Assembly: GCA_976551045.1 (NCBI GenBank)
Contig: CDPCPM010000023.1
Coordinates: 3,720,001-3,784,000, forward strand
Length of the DNA: 64,000 nt
Source of the DNA: Glaucostegus cemiculus
Taxonomy: Eukaryota
Reading direction: 5' to 3'
Shown in pieces: positions 1 to 15,500 of this stretch. The position numbers and the translations under genes were made by a program. The number at the start of each line of letters is the position of its first letter. Positions within the stretch are counted from its first letter, which is position 1. The notes beneath the pieces were generated by a model, which saw only the letters and a list, made by a program, of their open reading frames with translations, was not told the origin of the DNA and did not search any database.

Positions 1-266
1 TGGAAGAAGGACAATGAGAGCCACCAATTGGCACCCTGCTGTGTCCCTGTGACAATTATCAGGTCAGCACCACAACCCATTTCCAGCAAGAATTATGCTG
101 ACTGATGCTCCGCAGGCATCTATATCCACTGATTTGTTGACTCCATCACTGGCTAATGTATCTTCCCTGATACGATTGCACAAGAAGTTCGCGCTCCAGC
201 TTGACTCTTCTGCTTGCTCAAGGAGGGGCACCCAACAACACAAATTCCACGTGAAGCTACCCTTAC

Positions 267-524
267 CTGTAGTAGAAGAGACATTGACTGCATCAGCTGA
301 TGTATTATCTGCTGCCAGTGTGATTACGCTGAATGTGTATCCAGTTCCAGGATTCAGTTGCGTCACAGTAATCAATTCAGTAGCAGTCGTCATTATCGAA
401 CGATTTCCGCTCGGTACCACCTTATAGGTGTACTCAGGCTTGTGGTCGACTGGTCTGCCCCAGCTCAGAGTAACTGAAGTGGTGGTGCGATTTCTAACGG
501 TTACCGAATTCACAGGGTTTGGCT
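267..524 (-). CDS. FN3 exon type A (copy 1), 258 nt
   Basis: ttgcag|AG CCA AAC ... ACA G|gtaagg; PNPVNSVTVRNRTTTSVTLSW...LNPGTGYTFSV. Confidence 0.92.
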
Positions 525-3500
525 CTGCAATTATTAGTGAGATGTTGAGAATAACAGCAACTTCATACTGCCTCATGCTTCACTGCACCTGCTTAATAAC
601 GAAGACTGGTGCTGCAGCCATGCATGTCTTTGCCATTCCTTTCTATTTGCAACGCAGTGCCCGGCACGTTCCCGATCTGTCTGCATATCTGATGACACCT
701 TGCAGGCATTCAAAGAAAGAAGGCAACCACTGTCAAATAGCCTGTCACATTCCTTTTTGCCTGCTTTCCTGAGTGTCAATTAGTCATAATCCTCAAAAGG
801 TACTTGAGAACTCATGGCAATCGACGAGTTATCTGCTTGCTCTACTGGCTCTGATGTGACTGCAGTATCCACTCACCGCAGCAAGCAGAACGACCGAACA
901 ACCACATATGACTTTTCCAATAAATGATGTACGTTGCCACGATGTGATGCTTCAAAAGGACAACGTCTTTATTGCAAGGTTAGGTTCACTTCATACATTT
1001 CTGGGCACCAGCCATCAACAGCTGCTGCTAATTATTGCATCCATCCTACCAGAGAAATGCTCAACCTCTTCAAACACTCAAGACTTATCAATGTTAACCC
1101 ATGCTACCAAGCTGCAACACTCCTCCAACAATATGATTCCTACCAATACTACTCCATTTTGTTTACCAGTCCACACTTACTGGAAGCACATCCTCATGAC
1201 AAGGTGACAGAGAAGCAACTTGAATTGAGGCAGAGTAACCAGCTGCTCACTCATAAGAAAAGCTACAGCCCAATGAACACACTGCAGAACTCCTTCAGTC
1301 AAACCTCTGACGCTGCCTGAAGATGCTTTCCTAAATCCAATGACCACCTCTGGTGCAACATGGTCCTTCGGCATCTGCTGCCCGCCTGTGGGCCGCACCC
1401 CAGCTCACGAGAGAAATTACAATCCACTTACGTGTGAAGTGATTCAGAACCACAGCTTCACTCTTCACTCCACCGTGAACAATAGTAGTCACAGAGATGG
1501 TGTAATTGGTTCCAGATTGAAGGTTTCGGATGCTGATGGAATTTGACCTTTCATTCAAGGAGACGTCAGAACTGCTTGCAGTCCTGTACGTGATGCTGAA
1601 GTTGTACTGGGTGACCTCCATATCCACAGGTCTTCCTAAGCTCATGGAGATGGAACTGTTGCTTATAGCTGTCACAGTAATGCTCGCTGGCTTGGAAGGA
1701 ACTGTCAGAGGCAAGTAATTGGATAACGATGGTTGGTGAAACCACAAAAATAGACAGAGCAACTTAAACATCTGCACAAATTGCTCACTTCCATCAACAT
1801 CGCATACGTCAGCGGTGCGAGTTAGTGGAGGACCCCTTCAAGCTGAGTCGCCCCTTTCCAGGTGCAGAAAACAGGTGCAAAGTTTCACTCCTACACCTCC
1901 CAGGAGGAGATAATGTACAACCGTCAAAATCCTTGAAGGATATTCATGGAAGAAGGACAATGAGAGCCACCAATTGGCACCCTGCTGTGTCCCTGTGACA
2001 ATTATCAGGTCAGCACCACAACCCATTTCCAGCAAGAATTATGCTGACTGATGCTCCGCAGGCATCTATATCCACTGATTTGTTGACTCCATCACTGGCT
2101 AATGTATCTTCCCTGATACGATTGCGCAAGAAGTTTGCGCTCCAGCTTGACTCTTCTGCTTGCTCAAGGAGGGGCACCCAACAACACAAATTCCACGTGA
2201 AGCTACCCTTACCTGTAGTAGAAGAGACATTGACTGCATCAGCTGATGTATTATCTGCTGCCAGTGTGATTACGCTGAAAGTGTATCCAGTTCCAGGATT
2301 CAGTTGCGTCACAGTAATCAATTCAGTAGCAGTCGTCATTATCGAATGATTTCCGCTCGGTACCACCTTATAGGTGTACTCAGGCTTGTGGTCGACTGGT
2401 CTGCCCCAGCTCAGAGTAACTGAAGTGGTGGTGCGATTTCTAATGGTTACCGAATTCACAGGGTTTGGCTCTGCAATTATTAGTGAGATGTTGAGAATAA
2501 CAGCAACTTCATACTGCCTCATGCTTCACTGCACCTGCTTAATAACGAAGACTGGTGCTGCAGCCATGCATGTCTTTGCCATTCCTTTCTATTTGCAACG
2601 CAGTGCCCGGCACGTTCCCGATCTGTCTGCATATCTGATGACACCTTGCAGGCATTCAATGAAAGAAGGCAACCACTGTCAAATAGCCTGTCACATTCCT
2701 TTTTGCCTGCTTTCCTGAGTATCAATTAGTCATAATCCTCAAAAGCTACTTGAGAAGTCATGGTAATCGACGAGTTATCTGCTTGCTCTACTGGCTCTGA
2801 TGTGACTGCAGTATCCACTCACCGCAGCAAGCAGAACCACCGAACAACCACGTACGACTTTTCCAATAAATGACGTACGTTGCCACGATGTGATGCTTCA
2901 AAAGGACAACGCCTTTATTGTAAGGTTAGCTTCACATCTTACATTTCTGGGCAACAGCCAACAACAGCTGCTGCTAAATATTGCATCCATCTGACCCAGA
3001 GAAATACTCAACCTCTTCAAACACTCAAGACTTATCAATGTTAACCCATGCTACCAAGCTGCAACTCTCCTCCAACAATATGATTCCTGCCAATTATTAC
3101 TCCATTTTGATTACCAGACCACACATACTGCAAGCACATCATCCTGCCAGGGTGACAGAGAAGCAACTTGAATTGAAGCAGAGGAACCAGCTGCTCACTC
3201 ATAAGAAAAGCTACAGTCCAATAAACACCCTGCAGAACTCCTTCAGGCAAATGTCTGACGCTGCCTGAAAATGCTTTCCTAAATCCAATGACCACCCAGG
3301 GTGCAACATGGTCCTTCGTCATGTGCTGCCCGCCTGAGGGCTGCACCCCAGCTCACGAGGGAAGCTACAATCCACTTACGTGTAAAGTGATTCAGAACCA
3401 CAGCTCCACTCTTCACTCCACCGTGAACAATAGTAGTCACAGAGATGGTGTAATTGGTTCCAGATTGAAGGTTTCGGATGCTGATGGAATTTGACCTTTC

Positions 3501-6500
3501 ATTCAAGGAGACGTCAGAACTGCTTGCAGTCCTGTACGTGATGCTGAAGTTGTACTGGGTGACCTCCATGTCCACAGGTCTTCCTAAGCTCATGGAGATG
3601 GAACTGTTGCTTATAGCTGTCACAGTAATGCTCGCTGGCTTGGAAGGAACTGTCAGAGGCAAGTAATTGGATAACGATAGTTGGTGAAACCACAAAAATA
3701 GACAGAGCAACTTAAAGATCTGCACAAATTGCTCATTTCCATCAACATCGCATACGTCAGCCGTGCGAGTTAGTGGAGGACCCCTTCAAGCTGAGTTGCC
3801 CCTTTCCAGGTGCAGAAAACAGGTGCAAAGTTTCACTCCTACACCTCCCAGGAGGAGATAATGTACAACCGTCAAAATCCTTGAAGGATATTCATGGAAG
3901 AAGGACAATGAGAGCCACCAATTGGCACCCTGCTGTGTCCCTGTGACAATTATCAGGTCAGCACCACAACCCATTTCCAGCAAGAATTATGCTGACTGAT
4001 GCTCCGCAGGCATCTATATCCACTGATTTGTTGACTCCATCACTGGCTAATGTATCTTCCCTGATACGATTGCACAAGAAGTTCGCGCTCCAGCTTGACT
4101 CTTCTGCTTGCTCAAGGAGGGGCACCCAACAACACAAATTCCACGTGAAGCTACCCTTACCTGTAGTAGAAGAGACATTGACTGCATCAGCTGATGTATT
4201 ATCTGCTGCCAGTGTGATTACGCTGAATGTGTATCCAGTTCCAGGATTCAGTTGCGTCACAGTAATCAATTCAGTAGCAGTCGTCATTATCGAACGATTT
4301 CCGCTCGGTACCACCTTATAGGTGTACTCAGGCTTGTGGTCGACTGGTCTGCCCCAGCTCAGAGTAACTGAAGTGGTGGTGCGATTTCTAACGGTTACCG
4401 AATTCACAGGGTTTGGCTCTGCAATTATTAGTGAGATGTTGAGAATAACAGCAACTTCATACTGCCTCATGCTTCACTGCACCTGCTTAATAACGAAGAC
4501 TGGTGCTGCAGCCATGCATGTCTTTGCCATTCCTTTCTATTTGCAACGCAGTGCCCGGCACGTTCCCGATCTGTCTGCATATCTGATGACACCTTGCAGG
4601 CATTCAAAGAAAGAAGGCAACCACTGTCAAATAGCCTGTCACATTCCTTTTTGCCTGCTTTCCTGAGTGTCAATTAGTCATAATCCTCAAAAGGTACTTG
4701 AGAACTCATGGCAATCGACGAGTTATCTGCTTGCTCTACTGGCTCTGATGTGACTGCAGTATCCACTCACCGCAGCAAGCAGAACGACCGAACAACCACA
4801 TATGACTTTTCCAATAAATGATGTACGTTGCCACGATGTGATGCTTCAAAAGGACAACGTCTTTATTGCAAGGTTAGGTTCACTTCATACATTTCTGGGC
4901 ACCAGCCATCAACAGCTGCTGCTAATTATTGCATCCATCCTACCAGAGAAATGCTCAACCTCTTCAAACACTCAAGACTTATCAATGTTAACCCATGCTA
5001 CCAAGCTGCAACACTCCTCCAACAATATGATTCCTACCAATACTACTCCATTTTGTTTACCAGTCCACACTTACTGGAAGCACATCCTCATGACAAGGTG
5101 ACAGAGAAGCAACTTGAATTGAGGCAGAGGAACCAGCTGCTCACTCATAAGAAAAGCTACAGCCCAATGAACACACTGCAGAACTCCTTCAGTCAAACCT
5201 CTGACGCTGCCTGAAGATGCTTTCCTAAATCCAATGACCACCTCTGGTGCAACATGGTCCTTCGGCATCTGCTGCCCGCCTGTGGGCCGCACCCCAGCTC
5301 ACGAGAGAAATTACAATCCACTTACGTGTGAAGTGATTCAGAACCACAGCTTCACTCTTCACTCCACCGTGAACAATAGTAGTCACAGAGATGGTGTAAT
5401 TGGTTCCAGATTGAAGGTTTCGGATGCTGATGGAATTTGACCTTTCATTCAAGGAGACGTCAGAACTGCTTGCAGTCCTGTACGTGATGCTGAAGTTGTA
5501 CTGGGTGACCTCCATATCCACAGGTCTTCCTAAGCTCATGGAGATGGAACTGTTGCTTATAGCTGTCACAGTAATGCTCGCTGGCTTGGAAGGAACTGTC
5601 AGAGGCAAGTAATTGGATAACGATGGTTGGTGAAACCACAAAAATAGACAGAGCAACTTAAACATCTGCACAAATTGCTCACTTCCATCAACATCGCATA
5701 CGTCAGCCGTGCGAGTTAGTGGAGGACCCCTTCAAGCTGAGTCGCCCCTTTCCAGGTGCAGAAAACAGGTGCAAAGTTTCACTCCTACACCTCCCAGGAG
5801 GAGATAATGTACAACCGTCAAAATCCTTGAAGGATATTCATGGAAGAAGGACAATGAGAGCCACCAATTGGCACCCTGCTGTGTCCCTGTGACAATTATC
5901 AGGTCAGCACCACAACCCATTTCCAGCAAGAATTATGCTGACTGATGCTCCGCAGGCATCTATATCCACTGATTTGTTGACTCCATCACTGGCTAATGTA
6001 TCTTCCCTGATACGATTGCGCAAGAAGTTCGCGCTCCAGCTTGACTCTTCTGCTTGCTCAAGGAGGGGCACCCAACAACACAAATTCCATTTCAAGCCAG
6101 CCTTACCTGTAGTAGAAGAGACATTGACTGCATCAGCTGATGTATTATCTGCTGCCAGTGTGATTACGCTGAATGTGTATCCAGTTCCAGGATTCAGTTG
6201 CGTCACAGTAATCAATTCAGTAGCAGTCGTCATTATCGAACGATTTCCGCTCGGTACCACCTTATAGGTGTACTCAGGCTTGTGGTCGACTGGTCTGCCC
6301 CAGCTCAGAGTAACTGAAGTGGTGGTGCGATTTCTAACGGTTACCGAATTCACAGGGTTTGGCTCTGCAATTATTAGTGAGATGTTGAGAATAACAGCAA
6401 CTTCATACTGCCTCATGCTTCACTGCACCTGCTTAATAACGAAGACTGGTGCTGCAGCCATGCATGTCTTTGCCATTCCTTTCTATTTGCAACGCAGTGC

Positions 6501-9500
6501 CCGGCACGTTCCCGATCTGTCTGCATATCTGATGACACCTTGCAGGCATTCAATGAAACAAGGCAACCACTGTCAAATAGCCTGTCACATTCCTTTTTGC
6601 CTGCTTTCCTGAGTGTCAATTAGTCATAATCCTCAAAAGGTACTTGAGAACTCATGGCAATCGACGAGTTATCTGCTTGCTCTACTGGCTCTGATGTGAC
6701 TGCAGTATCCACTCACCGCAGCAAGCAGAACGACCGAACAACCACATATGACTTTTCCAATAAATGATGTACGTTGCCACGATGTGATGCTTCAAAAGGA
6801 CAACGTTTTTATTGCAAGGTTAGGTTCACTTCATACATTTCTGGGCACCAGCCATCAACAGCTGCTGCTAATTATTGCATCCATCCTACCAGAGAAATGC
6901 TCAACCTCTTCAAACACTCAAGACTTATCAATGTTAACCCATGCTACCAAGCTGCAACACTCCTCCAACAATATGATTCCTACCAATACTACTCCATTTT
7001 GTTTACCAGTCCACACTTACTGGAAGCACATCCTCCTGCCAGGGTGACAGAGAAGCAACTTGAATTGAGGCGGAGGAACCAGCTGCTCACTCATAAGAAA
7101 AGCTACAGCCCAATGAACACACTGCAGAACTCCTTCAGTCAAACCTCTGACGCTGCCTGAAGATGCTTTCCTAAATCCAATGACCACCTCTGGTGCAACA
7201 TGGTCCTTCGGTATCTGCTGCCCGCCTGTGGGCTGCACCCCAGCTCACGAGAGAAATTACAATCCACTTACGTGTGAAGTGATTCAGAACCACAGCTTCA
7301 CTCTTCACTCCACCGTGAACAATAGTAGTCACAGAGATGGTGTAATTGGTTCCAGATTGAAGGTTTCGGATGCTGATGGAATTTGACCTTTCATTCAAGG
7401 AGACGTCAGAACTGCTTGCAGTCCTGTACGTGATGCTGAAGTTGTACTGGGTGACCTCCATATCCACAGGTCTTCCTAAGCTCATGGAGATGGAACTGTT
7501 GCTTATAGCTGTCACAGTAATGCTCGCTGGCTTGGAAGGAACTGTCAGAGGCAAGTAATTGGATAACGATAGTTGGTGAAACCACAAAAATAGACAGAGC
7601 AACTTAAAGATCTGCACAAATTGCTCACTTCCATCAACATCGCATACGTCAGCCGTGCGAGTTAGTGGAGGACCCCTTCAAGCTGAGTTGCCCCTTTCCA
7701 GGTGCAGAAAACAGGTGCAAAGTTTCACTCCTACACCTCCCAGGAGGAGATAATGTACAACCGTCAAAATCCTTGAAGGATATTCATGGAAGAAGGACAA
7801 TGAGAGCCACCAATTGGCACCCTGCTGTGTCCCTGTGACAATTATCAGGTCAGCACCACAACCCATTTCCAGCAAGAATTATGCTGACTGATGCTCCGCA
7901 GGCATCTATATTCACTGATTTGTTGACTCCATCACTGGCTAATGTATCTTCCCTGATACGATTGCACAAGAAGTTCGCGCTCCAGCTTGACTCTTCTGCT
8001 TGCTCAAGGAGGGGCACCCAACAACACAAATTCCACGTGAAGCTACCCTTACCTGTAGTAGAAGAGACATTGACTGCATCAGCTGATGTATTATCTGCTG
8101 CCAGTGTGATTACGCTGAATGTGTATCCAGTTCCAGGATTCAGTTGCGTCACAGTAATCAATTCAGTAGCAGTCGTCATTATCGAATGATTTCCGCTCGG
8201 TACCACCTTATAGATGTACTCAGGCTTGTGGTCGACTGGTCTGCCCCAGCTCAGAGTAACTGAAGTGGTGGTGCGATTTCTAACGGTTACCGAATTCACA
8301 GGGTTTGGCTCTGCAATAATTAGTGAGATGTTGAGAATAACAGCAACTTCATACTGCCTCATGCTTCACTGCACCTGCTTAATAACGAAGACTGGTGCTG
8401 CAGCAATGCACGTCTTTGCCATTCCTTTCTATTTGCAACGCAGTGCCCGGCACGTTCCCGATCTGTCTGCATATCTGATGACACCCTGCAGGCATTCAAT
8501 GAAAGAAGGCAACCACTGTCAAATAGCCTGTCACTTTCCTTTTTGCCTGCTTTCCTGAGTGTCAATTAGTCATAATCCTCAAAAGGTAATTGAGAACTCA
8601 TGGCAATCGACGAGTTATCTGCTTGCTCTACTGGCTCTGCTGTGACTACAGTATCCACTCACCGCAGCAAGCAGAACGACCGAACAACCACATATGACTT
8701 TTCCAATAAATGATGTACGTTGCCACGATGTGATGCTTCAAAAGGACAACGTTTTTATTGCAAGGTTAGGTTCACTTCATACATTTCTGGGCACCAGCCA
8801 TCAACAGCTGCTGCTAATTATTGCATCCATCCTACCAGAGAAATGCTCAACCTCTTCAAACACTCAAGACTTATCAATGTTAACCCATGCTACCAAGCTG
8901 CAACACTCCTCCAACAATATGATTCCTACCAATACTACTCCATTTTGTTTACCAGTCCACACTTACTGGAAGCACATCCTCATGACAGGGTGACAGAGAA
9001 GCAACTTGAATTGAGGCAGAGGAACCAGCTGCTCACTCATAAGAAAAGCTACAGCCCAATGAACACACTGCAGAACTCCTTCAGTCAAACCTCTGACGCT
9101 GCCTGAAGATGCTTTCCTAAATCCAATGACCACCTCTGGTGCAACATGGTCCTTCGGCATCTGCTGCCCGCCTGTGGGCCGCACCCCAGCTCACGAGAGA
9201 AATTACAATCCACTTACGTGTGAAGTGATTCAGAACCACAGCTTCACTCTTCACTCCACCTTGAACAATAGTAGTCACAGAGATGGTGTAATTGGTTCCA
9301 GATTGAAGGTTTCGGATGCTGATGGAATTTGACCTTTCATTCAAGGAGACGTCAGAACTGCTTGCAGTCCTGTACGTGATGCTGAAGTTGTACTGGGTGA
9401 CCTCCATATCCACAGGTCTTCCTAAGCTCATGGAGATGGAACTGTTGCTTATAGCTGTCACAGTAATGCTCGCTGGCTTGGAAGGAACTGTCAGAGGCAA

Positions 9501-12500
9501 GTAATTGGATAACGATGGTTGGTGAAACCACAAAAATAGACAGAGCAACTTAAACATCTGCACAAATTGCTCACTTCCATCAACATCGCATACGTCAGCG
9601 GTGCGAGTTAGTGGAGGACCCCTTCAAGCTGAGTCGCCCCTTTCCAGGTGCAGAAAACAGGTGCAAAGTTTCACTCCTACACCTCCCAGGAGGAGATAAT
9701 GTACAACCGTCAAAATCCTTGAAGGATATTCATGGAAGAAGGACAATGAGAGCCACCAATTGGCACCCTGCTGTGTCCCTGTGACAATTATCAGGTCAGC
9801 ACCACAACCCATTTCCAGCAAGAATTATGCTGACTGATGCTCCGCAGGCATCTATATCCACTGATTTGTTGACTCCATCACTGGCTAATGTATCTTCCCT
9901 GATACGATTGCGCAAGAAGTTCGCGCTCCAGCTTGACTCTTCTGCTTGCTCAAGGAGGGGCACCCAACAACACAAATTCCATTTCAAGCCAGCCTTACCT
10001 GTAGTAGAAGAGACATTGACTGCATCAGCTGATGTATTATCTGCTGCCAGTGTGATTACGCTGAATGTGTATCCAGTTCCAGGATTCAGTTGCGTCACAG
10101 TAATCAATTCAGTAGCAGTCGTCATTATCGAACGATTTCCGCTCGGTACCACCTTATAGGTGTAATCAGGCTTGTGGTCGACTGGTCTGCCCCAGCTCAG
10201 AGTAACTGAAGTGGTGGTGCGATTTCTAACGGTTACCGAATTCACAGGGTTTGGCTCTGCAATTATTAGTGAGATGTTGAGAATAACAGCAACTTCATAC
10301 TGCCTCATGCTTCACTGCACCTGCTTAATAACGAAGACTGGTGCTGCAGCCATGCATGTCTTTGCCATTCCTTTCTATTTGCAACGCAGTGCCCGGCACG
10401 TTCCCGATCTGTCTGCATATCTGATGACACCTTGCAGGCATTCAATGAAACAAGGCAACCACTGTCAAATAGCCTGTCACATTCCTTTTTGCCTGCTTTC
10501 CTGAGTGTCAATTAGTCATAATCCTCAAAAGGTACTTGAGAACTCATGGCAATCGACGAGTTATCTGCTTGCTCTACTGGCTCTGATGTGACTGCAGTAT
10601 CCACTCACCGCAGCAAGCAGAACGACCGAACAACCACATATGACTTTTCCAATAAATGATGTACGTTGCCACGATGTGATGCTTCAAAAGGACAACGTTT
10701 TTATTGCAAGGTTAGGTTCACTTCATACATTTCTGGGCACCAGCCATCAACAGCTGCTGCTAATTATTGCATCCATCCTACCAGAGAAATGCTCAACCTC
10801 TTCAAACACTCAAGACTTATCAATGTTAACCCATGCTACCAAGCTGCAACACTCCTCCAACAATATGATTCCTACCAATACTACTCCATTTTGTTTACCA
10901 GTCCACACTTACTGGAAGCACATCCTCCTGCCAGGGTGACAGAGAAGCAACTTGAATTGAGGCGGAGGAACCAGCTGCTCACTCATAAGAAAAGCTACAG
11001 CCCAATGAACACACTGCAGAACTCCTTCAGTCAAACCTCTGACGCTGCCTGAAGATGCTTTCCTAAATCCAATGACCACCTCTGGTGCAACATGGTCCTT
11101 CGGTATCTGCTGCCCGCCTGTGGGCTGCACCCCAGCTCACGAGAGAAATTACAATCCACTTACGTGTGAAGTGATTCAGAACCACAGCTTCACTCTTCAC
11201 TCCACCGTGAACAATAGTAGTCACAGAGATGGTGTAATTGGTTCCAGATTGAAGGTTTCGGATGCTGATGGAATTTGACCTTTCATTCAAGGAGACGTCA
11301 GAACTGCTTGCAGTCCTGTACGTGATGCTGAAGTTGTACTGGGTGACCTCCATATCCACAGGTCTTCCTAAGCTCATGGAGATGGAACTGTTGCTTATAG
11401 CTGTCACAGTAATGCTCGCTGGCTTGGAAGGAACTGTCAGAGGCAAGTAATTGGATAACGATAGTTGGTGAAACCACAAAAATAGACAGAGCAACTTAAA
11501 GATCTGCACAAATTGCTCACTTCCATCAACATCGCATACGTCAGCCGTGCGAGTTAGTGGAGGACCCCTTCAAGCTGAGTTGCCCCTTTCCAGGTGCAGA
11601 AAACAGGTGCAAAGTTTCACTCCTACACCTCCCAGGAGGAGATAATGTACAACCGTCAAAATCCTTGAAGGATATTCATGGAAGAAGGACAATGAGAGCC
11701 ACCAATTGGCACCCTGCTGTGTCCCTGTGACAATTATCAGGTCAGCACCACAACCCATTTCCAGCAAGAATTATGCTGACTGATGCTCCGCAGGCATCTA
11801 TATCCACTGATTTGTTGACTCCATCACTGGCTAATGTATCTTCCCTGATACGATTGCGCAAGAAGTTTGCGCTCCAGCTTGACCCTTCTGCTTGCTCAAG
11901 GAGGGGCACCCAACAACACAAATTCCACGTGAAGCTACCCTTACCTGTAGTAGAAGAGACATTGACTGCATCAGCTGATGTATTATCTGCTGCCAGTGTG
12001 ATTACGCTGAATGTGTATCCAGTTCCAGGATTCAGTTGCGTCACAGTAATCAATTCAGTAGCAGTCGTCATTATCGAATGATTTCCGCTCGGTACCACCT
12101 TATAGGTGTACTCAGGCTTGTGGTCGACTGGTCTGCCCCAGCTCAGAGTAACTGAAGTGGTGGTGCGATTTCTAACGGTTACCGAATTCACAGGGTTTGG
12201 CTCTGCAATTATTAGTGAGATGTTGAGAATAACAGCAACTTCATACTGCTTCATGCTTCACTGCACCTGCTTAATAACGAAGACTGGTGCTGCAGCCATG
12301 CATGTCTTTGCCATTCCTTTCTATTTGTAACGCAGTGCCCGGCACGTTCCCGATCTGTCTGCATATCTGATGACACCTTGCAGGCATTCAATGAAACAAG
12401 GCAACCACTGTCAAATAGCCTGTCACATTCCTTTTTGCCTGCTTTCCTGAGTATCAATTAGTCATAATCCTCAAAAGCTACTTGAGAAGTCATGGTAATC

Positions 12501-15500
12501 GACGAGTTATCTGCTTGCTCTACTGGCTCTGATGTGACTGCAGTATCCACTCACCGCAGCAAGCAGAACCACCGAACAACCACGTACGACTTTTCCAATA
12601 AATGACGTACGTTGCCACGATGTGATGCTTCAAAAGGACAACGCCTTTATTGTAAGGTTAGCTTCACTTCTTACATTTCTGGGCAACAGCCATCAACAGC
12701 TGCTGCTAATTATTGCATCCATCTGACCCAGAGAAATACTCAACCTCTTCAAACACTCAAGACTTATCAATGTTAACCCATGCTACCAAGCTGCAACTCT
12801 CCTCCAACAATATGATTCTGACCAATTATTACTCCATTTTGTTTACCAGTCCACACATACTGGAAGCACATCCTCCTGCCAGGGTGACAGAGAAGCAACT
12901 TGAATTGAGGCAGAGGAACCAGCTGCTCACTCATAAGAAAAGCTACAGCCCAATGAACACCCTGCAGAACTCCTTCAGGCAAATGTCTGACGCTGCCTGA
13001 AAATGCTTTCCTAAATCCAATGACCACCCAGGGTGCAACATGGTCCTTCGTCATGTGCTGCCCGCCTGAGGGCTGCACCCCAGCTCACGAGGGAAGCTAC
13101 AATCCACTTACGTGTAAAGTGATTCAGAACCACAGCTTCACTCTTCACTCCACCGTGAACAATAGTAGTCACAGAGATGGTGTAATTGGTTCCAGATTGA
13201 AGGTTTCGGATGCTGATGGAATTTGACCTTTCATTCAAGGAGATGTCAGAACTGGTTGCAGTCCTGTACGTGATGCTGAAGTTGTACTGGGTGACCTCCA
13301 TGTCCACAGGTCTTCCTAAGCTCATGGAGATGGAACTGTTGCTTATAGCTGTCACAGTAATGCTCGCTGGCTTGGAAGGAACTGTCAGAGGCAAGTAATT
13401 GGATAACGATGGTTGGTGAAACCACAAAAATAGACAGAGCAACTTAAACATCTGCACAAGTTGCTCACTTACATCAACATCGCATACGTCAGCCGTGCGA
13501 GTTAGTGGAGGACCCCTTCAAGCTGAGTCACCCCTTTCCAGGTGCAGAAAACAGGTGCAAAGTTTCACTCCTACACCTCCCAGGAGGAGATAATGTACAA
13601 CCGTCAAAATCCTTGAAGGATATTCATGGAAGAAGGACAATGAGAGCCACCAATTGGCACCCTGCTGTGTCCCTGTGACAATTATCAGGTCAGCACCACA
13701 ACCCATTTCCAGCAAGAATTATGCTGACTGATGCTCCGCAGGCATCTATATCCACTGATTTGTTGACTCCATCACTGGCTAATGTATCTTCCCTGATACG
13801 ATTGCGCAAGAAGTTTGCGCTCCAGCTTGACTCTTCTGCTTGCTCAAGGAGGGGCACCCAACAACACAAATTCCACGTGAAGCTACCCTTACCTGTAGTA
13901 GAAGAGACATTGACTGCATCAGCTGATGTATTATCTGCTGCCAGTGTGATTACGCTGAAAGTGTATCCAGTTCCAGGATTCAGTTGCGTCACAGTAATCA
14001 ATTCAGTAGCAGTCGTCATTATCGAATGATTTCCGCTCGGTACCACCTTATAGGTGTACTCAGGCTTGTGGTCGACTGGTCTGCCCCAGCTCAGAGTAAC
14101 TGAAGTGGTGGTGCGATTTCTAATGGTTACCGAATTCACAGGGTTTGGCTCTGCAATTATTAGTGAGATGTTGAGAATAACAGCAACTTCATACTGCCTC
14201 ATGCTTCACTGCACCTGCTTAATAACGAAGACTGGTGCTGCAGCCATGCATGTCTTTGCCATTCCTTTCTATTTGCAACGCAGTGCCCGGCACGTTCCCG
14301 ATCTGTCTGCATATCTGATGACACCTTGCAGGCATTCAATGAAACAAGGCAACCACTGTCAAATAGCCTGTCACATTCCTTTTTGCCTGCTTTCCTGAGT
14401 ATCAATTAGTCATAATCCTCAAAAGCTACTTGAGAAGTCATGGTAATCGACGAGTTATCTGCTTGCTCTACTGGCTCTGATGTGACTGCAGTATCCACTC
14501 ACCGCAGCAAGCAGAACCACCGAACAATCACATACGACTTTTCCAATAAATGACGTACGTTGCCACGATGTGATGCTTCAAAAGGACAACGCCTTTATTG
14601 TAAGGTTAGCTTCACTTCTTACATTTCTGGGCAACAGCCATCAACAGCTGCTGCTAATTATTGCATCCATCTGACCCAGAGAAATACTCAACCTCTTCAA
14701 ACACTCAAGACTTATCAATGTTAACCCATGCTACCAAGCTGCAACTCTCCTCCAACAATATGATTCCTACCAATTATTACTCCATTTTGTTTACCAGTCC
14801 ACACATACTGGAAGCACATCCTCCTGCCAGGGTGACAGAGAAGCAACTTGAATTGAGGCAGAGGATCCAGCTGCTCACTCATAAGAAAAGCTACAGCCCA
14901 ATGAACACCCTGCAGAACTCCTTCAGGCAAATGTCTGACGCTGCCTGAAAATGCTTTCCTAAATCCAATGACCACCCAGGGTGCAACATGGTCCTTCGTC
15001 ATGTGCTGCCCGCCTGAGGGCTGCACCCCAGCTCACGAGGGAAGCTACAATCCACTTACGTGTAAAGTGATTCAGAACCACAGCTTCACTCTTCACTCCA
15101 CCTTGAACAATAGTAGTCACAGAGATGGTGTAATTGGTTCCAGATTGAAGGTTTCGGATGCTGATGGAATTTGACCTTTCATTCAAGGAGATGTCAGAAC
15201 TGCTTGCAGTCCTGTACGTGATGCTGAAGTTGTACTGGGTGACCTCCATGTCCACAGGTCTTCCGAAGCTCATGGAGATGGAACTGTTGCTTATAGCTGT
15301 CACAGTAATGCTCGCTGGCTTGGAAGGAACTGTCAGAGGCAAGTAATTGGATAACGATGGTTGGTGAAACCACAAAAATAGACAGAGCAACTTAAACATC
15401 TGCACAAATTGCTCACTTCCATCAACATCGCATACGTCAGCCGTGCGAGTTAGTGGAGGACCCGTTCAATCTGAGTCGCCCCTTTCCAGGTGCAGAAAAC

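Noticed and set aside
820-880. Cryptic donor (GCG|GTGAGT at ~876-871) and FN3-like words (SEPV, ADNSS) in the long intron of each unit
   Set aside because: No convincing matching acceptor or open exon was found; conservation among copies is uninformative because the whole unit is homogenised.
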